Source: Octopus vulgaris (Eukaryota). Taken from it: 64,000 nucleotides of DNA. Position numbers and translations under genes: made by a program. Location: contig OX597827.1 in the NCBI GenBank assembly GCA_951406725.2, positions 30,256,001 to 30,320,000 of the forward strand, given 5' to 3'. Within the stretch, counting starts at the first letter, position 1; each line of letters opens with the position of its first letter. The notes under the pieces are model-generated. The model was given only the letters and a program-made list of their open reading frames with translations, had not been told where the DNA came from and did no database searches. Shown piece after piece: positions 40,851 through 53,087 of the stretch.

Positions 40851-42345
40851 CTCAGGATGAAAAATATCAGCTAAGATATATTTAAGTTTCCGACCTGTTT
40901 CCTCCTTTCATTGTTTTTTGCATCAAGCCTTATTGTTTCCCCTTTTATCATCGTTATCGTTGTCTTTCGTCTCAAATGCTAGCTGAAGCATTTCTCCACA
41001 ACATATAAACTTTCACTCACAGAAACTTATTCACACGACCGCAAAACATTTCGTCTCAAATCTGGTCTTCCTGTTGCTTAAATCTCTACCCCATCTTTCC
41101 CAACTTTCACACATAGAAACTTATTCACACGACCGCAAAGCATTTCGTCTCAAATCTCATCTTTCCCAGTGCGCGGTGTCGTTTTCTCCCTCTGTTATCA
41201 CTATGTATCTCTCTCTCTCTCTCTCTCCGGTGTCGTTTTCTCCCTCTGTTATCACTATGTCTCTCTCTCTCTCTCTCTCTCTCTGTATATATTTCACTTT
41301 CACTCGGTTCCACAGGCTTAGCCAATATGCTCTGCCTCCTACTCACACCTCCGCACCCCCTCCCCTATAAAACCCAATGCACGAGGCTTGACCGTCCCTT
41401 GCTATTCTTTTTCTCCTGGCTGTAACACACGAAACACGTAACTCAGGATGAAAAATATCAGCTAAGATATATTTAAGTTTCCGACCTGTTTCCTCCTTTC
41501 ATTGTTTTTTGCAAGTATTATTATCACCATCATCAAGCCTTATTGTTTCCCCTTTTATCATCGTTATCGTTGTCTTTCGTCTCAAATGCTAGCTGAAGCA
41601 TTTCTCCACAACATATAAACTTTCACTTACAGAAACTTATTCACACGACCGCAAAACATTTCGTCTCAAATCTGGTCTTCCTGTCGCTTAAATCTCTACC
41701 CCATCTTTCCCAACTTTCACTCATAGAAACTTATTCACACGACCGCAAAGCATTTCGTCTCAAATCTTGTCTTTCTGTCGCCTAAATCTCATCTTTCCCT
41801 GTGCGCGGTGTCGTTTTCTCCCTCTGTTATCACTATGTATCTCTCTCTCTCTCTCTCTCTCTCTGCGGTGTCGTTTTCTCCCTCTGTTATCACTATGTCT
41901 CTCTCTCTCTCTCTCTGTATATATTTCACTTTCACTCGGTTCCACAGGCTTAGCCAATATGCTCTGCCTCCTACTCACACCTCCGCACCCTCTCCCCTAT
42001 AAAACCCAATGCACGAGGCTTGACCGTCCCTTACCATTCTTTTTCTCCTGGCTGTAACACACGAAACACGAACCTCAGGATGGAAAATATCAGCTAAGAT
42101 ATATTTAAGTTTCCGACCTGTTTCCTCCTTTCATTGTTTTTTGCAAGTATTATTATCACCATCAAGCCTTATTGTTTCCCCTTTTATCATCGTTATCGTT
42201 GTCTTTCGTCTCAAATGCTAGCTGAAGCATTTCTCCACAACATATAAACTTTCACTCACAGAAACTTATTCGCACGACCGCAAAACATTTCGTCTCAAAT
42301 CTGGTCTTCCTGTCGCTTAAATCTCATCTTTCCCAGTGCTCGGTG
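40851..42345 (+). repeat. Tandem repeat of ~590-630-bp units (about 2.4 copies) with internal sub-repeats
   Basis: Units start ctcaggatg at 40851, 41442 and 42074. Confidence 0.92.
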
Positions 42346-42569
42346 CGCCCGCCCTCCCGCCACCTCCACCGGAAGTCCTTATCTCACCTTGTCTTCCTTT
42401 GCTTTTCTTCCATGAACACCTAAAGGCCTTAAGCCAATACCACCCCTTCTATATAAAGTGGTGACCATACGGCGCAAAACATGATAGTGTGGTGTAGCAG
42501 GTCGAACTTAAGATCATTGCTTTGCTTATGAATTCTGCCAAATGCGAGCTTTCTTCTTTTCAGGTATAT

Positions 42570-44077
42570 GACGCCACTGCTCCCCGTCCCTGGCCTCTAG
42601 GGCCCATACCTTCCACACCCTGAGGGTGGGCACCCTGAAAGGTAGGTCTGGCGAGATAGTCGAGATGCTTGAACGGAGATGTGTTGATGTATGTTGCATG
42701 CAAGAAATAAGGTGGAGGGGAGGATCTGCTAGGTTCCTCACAGGCAAGGAACACAGGTACAAGATTTTCTGGGCAGGGAACACTGACGGGGTTGGTGGCG
42801 TGGGTATACTTATCGCTGAAAAATGGGTAAATAAAGTAATTGAGGTAATCAGAGTAAGTGACAGAATACTTAAGATTAGAATAGTGCTTCATAATAGATT
42901 AGCAACCATTATATCAGCCTATGCCCCTCAGCCAGGGCTACCCAATGGACAGAAAGACAGTTTCTATGACACCCTACTGCAGACCACCTCATTGACGAAC
43001 GACAGGGACCTTCTCTTTGTGGTTGGTGATTTCAATGGGCATGTTGGACGACATGCTGGGGGCTTCCATGGCGTACATGGAGGCTACGGTTATGGTTCCC
43101 GCAACGAGGAGGGAACCAGGCTGCTGGAGTTCTGCGATGCGAATAGTCTTATGGTTTGCAACACTAACTTCAGGAAACCGACAAGCCACCTGGTCACCTA
43201 CCAATCGGGCCGGCATACTAGCCAAATCGACTACATCCTTGCCAGAAAAAGGGAAAGATGGCTGCTTATAAATGCCAAAACCTTCCCAGGCGAAGAATGC
43301 ACCCCACAACATAGACTGGTAGTTAGTGACTTTAGGATCAGGACTAAGAGGGCGACTAGAAGACGACCAACATGGAGAAGAAGGGTCTGGAAGCTTAAAG
43401 ACCCTGCGAATGGACAGATTTAGAGACATGTTACTTGAAGCCTTTGACGAAATGGAAGGGGGTGTAGCTACACATGGGGTAGAAGACAACTGGACGCTTC
43501 TGAGGGACAACCTGCTGAAAGCCACTGACCAGATCTGTGGCTGGTGCAAAGTCCCCTTAAGACCCAAAATAACGTGGTGGTGGAACTATATTGTTGACAG
43601 GGCTATTAGACAAAAGAAACAGGCTTGGAAGGCCTGGAAGAACGGTGGTAGCAGGGAAGTGTATCAGACTGCCAGAAGGGAAGCTAGGAGACAGGTCTAT
43701 CTAGCCAGAGGGGAAGCAGATAAGAAAAAATTTGCGCCATGAGGATGAAAGACTTGAGGTATTTCGTGTTGCAAGACAGTGTGTGAGAGAGAATCGTGAT
43801 GTGGTAGGAGAGAAATGTGTTCGCAAGCATGACGGTTCACTTGCGCTAAATGAGGATGCAAAGAGAGAGGCTTGGAGACGCCACTATGAAAGGTTGCTGA
43901 ATGAGGAAAATGAATGGGATTAAGAGAGTCTGCCGAATGTCGACCCAACAGAGGGACCAGCAATCCGAGTTAACAGTTCCTTAGTAGTTAAGGCAATTAG
44001 AAGCATGAAAACAGGGAAAGCCCCAGGCCCATCAGGAATTACTGAAGAGATGCTCAAAATATCTGGTAGTGTCGGCT
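42570..44077 (+). mobile_element. RTE LINE 5' part (APE endonuclease to pre-RT), 3'-truncated
   Basis: ORF 42626-43423: VCCMQE, GDFNGHVG, SQIDYIL, QHRLVV. Colinear with 61670-62657 (-) and ends at KAPGPSGITEEMLK. Confidence 0.92.
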
Positions 44078-44129
44078 TCCACCGGGTGCGGATCTAGATA
44101 TTAACCAAAATTTCAAAACATTTCTATAC

Positions 44130-44187
44130 TTACGGTTACGGTTTTAGGGTTAGAGTTAGGGTTAGGGTTAGGGTTTTAGGGTTAGTG
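44130..44187 (+). repeat. Interstitial telomere-like (TTAGGG)n tract
   Basis: ttacgg ttacgg tt ttaggg ttagag ttaggg ttaggg ttaggg tt ttaggg ttagtg. Confidence 0.85.
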
Positions 44188-45096
44188 TTGGGGAAAAAGT
44201 AAAAATTGAAGAAATTGGGGTTAAAAAATTTCACAATGCCGATTTTTGGCAATTTTCTGGGGTAAAATTTGGGGTACAAAAGGAAGTCTCTGCATACATT
44301 TGTAGTGGATGTGTGTGTACGTAAATAAATACATAAACTGTTTCATGATTAAAAAGGGATTTATTTACAGGGTTATAAGTACACTACATACAAATGTAAG
44401 CAAATGCTACGAATTGCTTATATAGAACACATTAAAATGAATATGTTTGTGTGTGTGCGTGAATCATTCGAAACAGTAGTCGATAGATACTGTAGGCATT
44501 TCTCTCTGTCTGCCAAAACGCGGGGCGAGATAAATCTGTCTGCTGCCATGACCGCTGCGATTGTGTGTCCCTTCTCTGTTTTCCCCGTTGTATTTATAAT
44601 ATTTGTGACAGCTAGAAAAACAGACATATCGCAATAGAGACAGTGCTTATTTAGGTCAGATTTGTCCATTTGAACTTATCCTGACATGGCTTAGGTCGCA
44701 GGTCAAAGGGAGATGATCAATCACTTTTTGACAGAACAAAGGGGTTCTTAAATTTCGCGCCTCTAAATGCATTGGTTTGGACGACCGATGATTCTTGGAT
44801 TCGATTTCGAATCTAGGCTTAGACATTCTTACACATTTTTTTCTATATATGTGCGCACGCACGTGTGTGTGTACGTGAGAGAGAGAGAGAGAGAGAGAGA
44901 TGTCTACGTGACACTCTCTCTCTCTCATACATATATACAAGAAAGATGGTGCCTATTTATGTATGTACTTATACATGACAACACACCCTTTCAGTTGCTC
45001 TCTCTCTCCCTCTCTCACACACGTCCGTTTCATCTGATGTTTGATACTGCATGTATATGTATCTGTGTGTGTGCGTGTGTGTGTGGAATTCTACAA

Positions 45097-46348
45097 TCAC
45101 CAGGAAAAAACAGAGGAATTTTCTTTCTTGATGCTCCTGGTGACAGGTAAAACATTGCTTCTCTCCAAGGTAAGTTAACAAAAAGAATTGCAGTTGCTGT
45201 CTTTGCTTATCTATCTTTGCTGCCACCATTCTCCCAGGAGGACAAACAGCTCATTCTGCTTTGAAATTACCAGTAAACCTGGTCACAAATGAAAGTCCAA
45301 TTTTTAACATAAGCAAAGATTGAGGTTCACCAGAAGTTTTCTGCCAGTAACACCTTATCATTTGGGATGAATGCACCATGTCACGTAGAGGTACAATGGA
45401 AGCCCTTACAGAACATCAGAGGCAACAATAAATCTATGGGAGGAGTTGCATGAGTTTTATCAGGAGACTTCAGACAGACATTACCAGTCATTCTGAGACA
45501 AAGAAGATCTGATGAAATAAAAGCATGCATTAAATCTTCACACTTATGGAATAAAGTACTGAAATTCTCCTTCAATACTAATGTGTGAGCTTTATTACAT
45601 GAAGACCAATGTGCAAAACAGTTTTCAACCTGGCTCCGCTAATGGGAAAGTACCATTTGATGGGAATGGTGATATCAGTTTGGCTCATATTGCTATCGTG
45701 GTGAATTCCCAGCTGAATTGAAGAATGGTATTTCCAGACTTAAGTAATAATTATAATTCACATAAATTGTTGTGTGAAAGGGTAATTCTTGCTCCAAAAA
45801 ATGAGACAGTAGCAAGGATTAACCATGAAATTCCAAGTGTCATTAAGAAGTACAAATCAATTGATTCAGTCCTTGATGAAAATCAAGCTGGCCATTACCC
45901 AACAGAGTTCCTTAATTCTCTTTAGCCACCTGGAACTCCTCAACATAAACTTTTTTTTAAGGTAAGAGTCACAATAATGCTTCTAAGAAATTTAGACCTT
46001 CTAAATTATGCAATAGGACAATGTTGATTGTGAAGTCATTACAATCTAATATTACAGAAGTTACCATCATCGATGAATGTGTCTCTGGGGAAGAGGCTTT
46101 CATTCCAAGAATTACAATCAAACCAACAGACATACCATTTGAGTTCAAATGAACACAATTCCCAGTGTGACTTTGCTTTGCAATGTCTATTAATAAAGCT
46201 TAAAGGCAGTCTTTGAAATCTACTGGCTTGCTTTTCTCATGGTCACCTTTATGTTGGTTGCTCTAGGGTAGGTAATCTGCATGACTTATTTGTGTATGCC
46301 TGAAATCAGAAAGCAAAGAATGTTGTTTACCCAGAAGCTCTTATGTAA
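45097..46348 (+). pseudogene. Helitron PIF1 helicase, older and different subfamily, heavily degenerate
   Basis: IFFLDAPG, GQTAHSALKLP, IIWDECTM, GDFRQTLPVI, CERVILAPKN, QFPV*LCFAMSINK, NVVYPEAL. Confidence 0.85.
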
Positions 46349-46412
46349 TTTCCTTCAACATATGTGGTAGAATTTATCTCCTTTCATAAAACTGATAAAT
46401 TTTGTATTTTCG

Positions 46413-46457
<45 letters not shown>

Positions 46458-46459
46458 TT

Positions 46460-46727
46460 ATGTTTGACCTTTGCTTTACATTTGTACAAGTTGGCTCCAA
46501 GTCTCACCCAGAGGCCTCAAGAGATAACAAGTTGGAAGTTCATGTTTGGTGTTATGCTTAAGGTGCCATATATTTGGTTTTGTACATAGTGTTGCTCTAG
46601 AGAATATTTAAGAAACCATAAGAAAATTATGTTTATTTTAAAACTTGAGATTACATAGAAAGTATTTTGCACAGGATATGAGCAGTATCTTTTGAATTTC
46701 TGCCATTTTGGGGTTTCCTGGTATCTG

Positions 46728-46730
<3 letters not shown>
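46460..46730 (-). mobile_element. R4/Dong-like 3' fragment flanked on both sides by (TTA)n
   Basis: Minus strand IPGNPKMAEIQK...AHILCKILSM followed by UTR; (TTA)n at 46415-46456 and 46731-46783. Confidence 0.6.
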
Positions 46731-46772
<42 letters not shown>

Positions 46773-46936
46773 TATTATTATTATTTTGTATTATGAATTC
46801 AGAATTTATTTCTCAGTCAAAGAATAAACTGTATCCCAATTGAGATACATTGCAAGCAAGGTCATAGGGAGATAGAAAGCCAGAGAAACACACAGAAGGG
46901 TAGAGAGACAAAGAGGTAGGTAGGTAGGTAGGTAGG

Positions 46937-46968
<32 letters not shown>

Positions 46969-47108
46969 TATGGAGTTGAGCAATGGAGAATGATACTTAT
47001 AACAATTACCAAATACCTAGTTAATGCGACTGATCGATAAGTATAGAGATAGACAAACACATTCAGAAATAGTTAGGTAGAAAGAATGAAAGATAGATAG
47101 ATAGATAA

Positions 47109-48305
47109 CTTTCTTTATTGACCACAGAGGGGACAATTATAAATGTAGAGCTTTTCTTTTCGGAGATGGAAAAGGAAAAATAAGAAAAAAAAAGGAAACA
47201 AATGTAAAATTTCAATCAAAAGGGATTGGAAGATAAAAAAGCGATCAAAAGGAATCGTGTATCACAGATAGAAAAGATTATTTTTTTTCAAAGTAACAAA
47301 CAAGATTAGGTTCATCCGTGGAAAGAAAAGCCTACAGAAAAGACCACGATAACCCCAGACAGGCAGGAAATAAACACATGAGAGCAAAGTGCTCTCTCTC
47401 TCTCTTTTATGATTTACAGTGGTTTCGTCACTCGCATGCACCATCTTTGCTACATTTACCCACCTATTTTTGAAACTTTCACAAGACAAAACCTGCCTCT
47501 CCATTCTCACCTTCCTTTTCAAGTGGTACTTGAAAAAGTTGATGAGCGATTGGCCAGAGAGGTAAGTGTTTGTCTCTAATCCTTTCGCTCGAGTCCGCCA
47601 CACACATTCTTTCACCATAGCCACCAGTAAGATGAAGACTGCCTTGCCTTCCCGGTTGAGGGAAGGGGCCGGTGCAATTTCCACGATAGACTCGGCCAAT
47701 AGGCGGACTCGTCCCACACGTGACAGCAGCCGTTTGGCATAAGCCCACAGGTCCGAAATGGATGGACACTGCACAAATGCGTGCAGAACGGTTTCATCGC
47801 TCTGACCGCATCTCAGGCAAGTTGGTCCAGTGTGTCTCGAACCGTGCCTGTAGAGCTTATCCCGAACAGGTAATGCTTCTCTATATCACTGCCAGGCCAG
47901 AGATCTCTGGTGATTGTCCATAGGTCCCGGCCCGAAAGTTGTCCTGAACAGGCTGGTCAGGTGTCTCTCGTCGACACCCAGATTCTGCCCGAGAACGTCG
48001 TCACACCTCCCCTCCACTAATCCTCTATAGAACGCCTTTGTTGTAATGAAGTCGCACAAATTTGGTCCCAGACGGCAGAGTCGCTTGAGAGCAACGCGAC
48101 ACTCGTGGTGCCATTCGCCTAGTCTCGGTCTCTGTTTGATCCACGATTGTAGTTCGGCCAAGAAAACGAGCTGCGGGAAAGCGCGTCGCACAAAAGGCGA
48201 CCACACCTGTTCACCATCGTCTATGAAGCGCCGGAGATGTCGCAGTCTCAGCGCATGTCTGCGCATCATCAACCCCGGCATGTCTAGCCCTCCATTTAGC
48301 GGGTG
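47109..48305 (-). mobile_element. Tx1-like LINE, 5'-truncated (copy 3), in (GATA)n
   Basis: HPLNGGL...RRHALRL...VKECVW...aataaagaaag, matching 14200-15380; (GATA)n on both flanks. Confidence 0.92.
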
Positions 48306-48641
48306 ATAGATAGATAGATAGATAGACAGACGGACTACACACACACACACATATACAACTAGAAAGAAAAATAAACAGTTAAAGATAGGGATAATGAGAA
48401 ATATGCATATATCAATTACAAAATACCTAGATAGTAAGACATATCAATAGCTCGATAAATAGACAGACAGATATGGTTAGGGAGACTGATAGTTAAGGGA
48501 AGAGAGAAATGGTGGGGGAGATAGCATGATTAACAGATGGATGGATAGACAGATAGATAAATAAATAGATAGAAAGTTAAAGAGATAGTTAGATAGAGAG
48601 ACTGATAGCCAGACAGACAGATATTTAGGTATATATATAAC

Positions 48642-48673
<32 letters not shown>

Positions 48674-48954
48674 AACTGATAGATAGCACATAACTGTGAG
48701 TAGAATTCTCCTTACAGATATACTCTTTCTATTTCTGTCTCCTACTCCTCTTTATCTATTACTAGCATTATGACCCGTCGTTGCCAGGTCATAGTGCTAG
48801 TGTATGTATATATGTGTATATATATGTATATATATATATGTGTACATATTACATGTACAGCTATATATATATACATCTACACATAAAATACAAAGTTATA
48901 TCTTGATATCGCTAGTGATAACAATACTCAAAATATATAACAGACTGGAATTGT

Positions 48955-49500
48955 AGGCCCGTCTCTTGCAATTTCGATCAATTGTATCTTGTCCTCCCTC
49001 TTGTATAGAAGTGTGGCTCCAATCCAGCCAACCTCTACTTCTGGGGGGACATTTTTAATCTTTATCCGGGACGTCCTACGTCCCAGACATAAAGGTAAAA
49101 ATAAAATATTTCCACTTTGCAAGGTTCGAGTCGAGTACTCCCTTGCACGTTCCGTTGACTCGAACCTTGCTTCTATTGTGGTGAATTTACCGTCTCTTGT
49201 TAGATATCTTTCATAGTCATACCAAGACACTTTTCGATGGTGCTTTCCTCCAGGTGTTCAAATTTTTTTTCTTCTCTACATTGTATACTTTATAGACAAT
49301 AGTCTTTTCTTTGATTTAATTTTTTATTTCGTTTAATGGTGTTATCCTAGATTCACCGTCTTTGTCGGTGATCAATCCGAAATAGGTTTGTATTTTTTCC
49401 ATTTTAATTTTAATGAGTTTGCACTCGCCGACGGCTGCAGCAAAATTCATTTTTAGACTTTCTTCTATCGGAGGCATTCTAACATAAATGCTTCTGTGTA
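48955..49500 (-). pseudogene. Captured Tx1-like ORF1 fragment inside the Helitron
   Basis: MNFAAAV...EKTIVYKV...LGRRTSRIKIKNVPPEVEVGWI..., homologous to ORF1 RGQRVSKIKIKNVPPEIPPKWI (16431-16928). Confidence 0.75.
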
Positions 49501-51544
49501 AATGGTGAAAATATTGTCAATTTCCCCAAACAGGGACACAATTCAATTTTTAAACAATAACCAAAGCTCCTTCTCCCAAAGGGGGAGGGTTACAGTTTAC
49601 AATTATTTTACAAATGCAACACAACAACGCTTCCCTTTCAAGGAACCAACAAACGTGATAACAATAGTTAAACAGTAATAATAATAATAACAACAAACCT
49701 TACGGTGAATCAAAAAACAGTACGCAGTTGAAGATATAGTCCTTTATGTATAAGAAATAAACCAACATCAGTACTCAGTAGAAGCGGCTGTTCGAGAAAA
49801 CAGACATTACATACAGCCAAACTTCATATAGATACGTAATGCTAGCTAATTAGCAGATAATCTAATGTAAAAGCCATGGTAAAGGGTATGTGCACAGCTC
49901 CATCTGGACTATTCCATTTCTGCACACTAATTTTATTTTTAATTTATTCCCATTCATGTGAAACCACTTATTCAAGTTCAAGTCATTGATGCAATTTTAT
50001 ACCAATTGCTATTTTTACTTTTGTTATGTTACAATTATATTATACTTTAGTTTGATTTTAATTATTACTTACTACATATAATTCAATTGTTATTATTATC
50101 TCTAATTTTTATTGTTAAAGTGAAAGTATCTGACATAAAATAGAGAAATGTTTTTGTTTCACTTTTAACACGTAATCTCTATAAATATAAAACTGAGAAT
50201 GTCTGTCTGTTTCCCTAAAACTTGAGAACTACACAACCAATTTCATTCAAATTTTACACATACCTTACTTAAGGTCCGGGGAATGTCATCGGCAATTTTA
50301 ACTTTTTGCCTAGGGCGACCCCAAAGCAATATCACATGTGCTCCACTATTTCAGTATTACGTGTTAAAAGCGAAACAAAAACATCTCTTCATTGTAATGC
50401 AGACACTTTCATTTTAATACCGAAACTATTAAAGTGAAAGTATTATATAACAGGGATGAACCATTAACAAGTGGTCATCCATTTTGCTAGAAGAATATCC
50501 GCTATGGTCTTATATGCTACACCACTGGTTTTTGATTCATATTAATCAAATTAATATTCAATTTTTCACCCTTATTATGTGTGTGTGTGTGTATTAGCAA
50601 TTCGTATAAAATAGCATCAATGACTTCAACTTGTATTATTGGTTTCACATAAATGGGGATAAATTAAAAAGGTTTCTTATTATTATTACTGTTTGACTAT
50701 TGTAATCACGTTTGTTGGTTCCTCGTAAGGGAAACATTGTTGTGTTGCATTTGTTAAATAATTGTAAACCATAACCCTCCCCCTTTCGGAGAAGGGGCTT
50801 TGGTTATTGTCTAAAAATTGAATTGTGTCCCTGTTTGGGGAAATTGACAATATTTTCACTGTCTTTACGGAAGCATTTTTGTTAAAATGCCTTCGATAGA
50901 AGAAAGTCCAAAAATGAATTTCGCTGCAGCCGTACACTTCTATACAAGAGGGAGGACAAGATCCAATTGATCGAAATTGCAAGAGACGGGCCTATAATTC
51001 CAGTCTGTTATATATTTTGAGTATTGTTATCACTAGCGATATCAAGATATAACTTTGTATTTTGTATTTTATGTGTAGATGTACATGTAATATGTACACA
51101 TATATATACACATATATAGATGCATAATATATCTACCCATACACACATATGCACACACACACAGACACATACATAGGGGCAGGTGTGGCTGTGTGGTAAC
51201 AAACTACGTTCCAAACACATGGTCCTGGGTTCAGTCCCACTGTGTGGTGACTTGGCATGTGTCTTCTGCCGTAGCTTCAGACCAACAAAAGCCTTCTCAG
51301 TGGATTTTGTACATATATACAGGCATACATACATATATATATACATGCATACATACATATTCGGCATAAACACTCTACCACTAAAACTAATAACTGTTGG
51401 GAACACTTTCAAACCTGCCTTACATTCGAACCGGAATCTCAGAAATATTGTCCCCTTACATCTCATTCTCATTTCATTCCCAACACAGGGAAATAAAACT
51501 TACTTCTCACTACGGGACAATGGATGACGGTAACAGATATTTAC

Positions 51545-52879
51545 TACAGAACTATTCTTAACAGTGTACACCAACGCGAGGGACAAATTTTCTTCCTCGA
51601 TGCTCCTGAAGGGACAGGAAAAACATTTTATTACAAAGCTTCTCTTTGCAGAAGTTAGGCAGCATTGCAGTAGCTGTAGCCTCCTCTGGCATTGCAGCTA
51701 CTTTGTTACCCGGTGGCAGGACAGCACAATCAACTTTTAAACTCCCTCTCAATTTAGCAACATCCGAAATGCCTTCATGCAACATCAACAAAAGCTCAGA
51801 TCAGGGACAAGTACTTAAAATGTGTTATGTAATTGTCTGGGATGAGTACACTATGGCTCACAAGGGAGCTTTGGAAGCATTAGATAGAGCCCTGAAAGAC
51901 ATCCGAGACTGTCAGCCTCCCATGGGAGGTGTAACGCTTCTGTTGTCAGGTGATTTCAGGCAAACTCTTCCTGTCATTCTGAAAGGCACGAGAGCTGATG
52001 AATTTCAAGCATGCCTAAAGTCCTCTACCCTGTGGCATCATGTTACAATCTTTCGTTTCACCACTAACATGAGAGCTCAGCTACACGGCGACAAAATGTC
52101 CACAAAGTTTGCACAGGACATTTTGACACTTGGTGAAGGCAAGATGCCTCTCGATGCTGCAGGACAAATGGAAGTGTGGTCATTTTCCTCAGTTGTTAAT
52201 TCTGTAGATGACCTCAAAAACAAAGTCTTTCCCAACTTCACACAAAACTACCAAAATCACAATTGGCTGTGTGAAAGAGCAATATTAGCTCCAAAAAACG
52301 TTGCTGTTAACAAACTTAATCAACAGCTAATGCATTCTCTTCCCGGCACTATACACACTTACAAATCTGTTGATACAATTCCAGATATAAATGATGTTGT
52401 GAACTATCCTCCTGAATTTCTCAATTCACTGGAGCCCTCCTCGACTACCTCCATACATATTACCACTTAAAGTTAGAACTCCTGTAATGATACTCCGCAA
52501 TCTGGAAACACCAAGACTCTGCAATGGAACACGACTGGTGATAAAGAAAATGATATTACACGTTATCGAGGCGATCATTCTTTCTGGATGTGGAAAAGGT
52601 GATGACGTCTTTATTCCAAGAATTCCTCTTACTCCATCAGGAGCAGAAATTCCATTCACATTCAGAAGACTGCAATTCCCCCTTCGTGTCAGCTTTGCCA
52701 TGTCCATTAACAAATCTCAGGGTCAAACCCTCTCTGTAGCTGGTCTTTTCTTGGAAGAGCCCTGCTTCTCGCATGGGCAACTGTATGTTGGCTGCTCAAG
52801 AGTAGGAACCAAAAGAAACCTTTTTGTATATGCTCCACAAGGAAAAACAAGGAACATTGTTTATATTGAGGTGTTATAA
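51545..52879 (+). pseudogene. Helitron PIF1 helicase, frameshifted
   Basis: ORFs 51646-52470 and 52487-52879 carry PIF1 motifs (GDFRQTLP, QFPLRVSFAMSINKSQGQT, HGQLYVGCSRV). Confidence 0.92.
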
Positions 52880-53087
52880 TCTCAACAGCCAGGAGGTATA
52901 TACATGATCCCCATTTTTTTAACAAACTTCATGTACTTTCATTAGTATACATACAGACCAGATCTGTGGCTGGTGCAAAGTCCCCACAAGACCCAAAATA
53001 ACGTGGTGGTGGAACAATACTGTTGACAGGGCTATTAGACAAAAGAAACGGGCTTGGAAGGACTGGAAGAACGGTGGTAGCAGGGAA

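Noticed and set aside
44130-44187. True telomere
   Set aside because: The tract is short, degenerate and internal.
51545-52879. PIF1 helicase as a host gene
   Set aside because: It is intronless, frameshifted, multi-copy and enclosed by Helitron termini.
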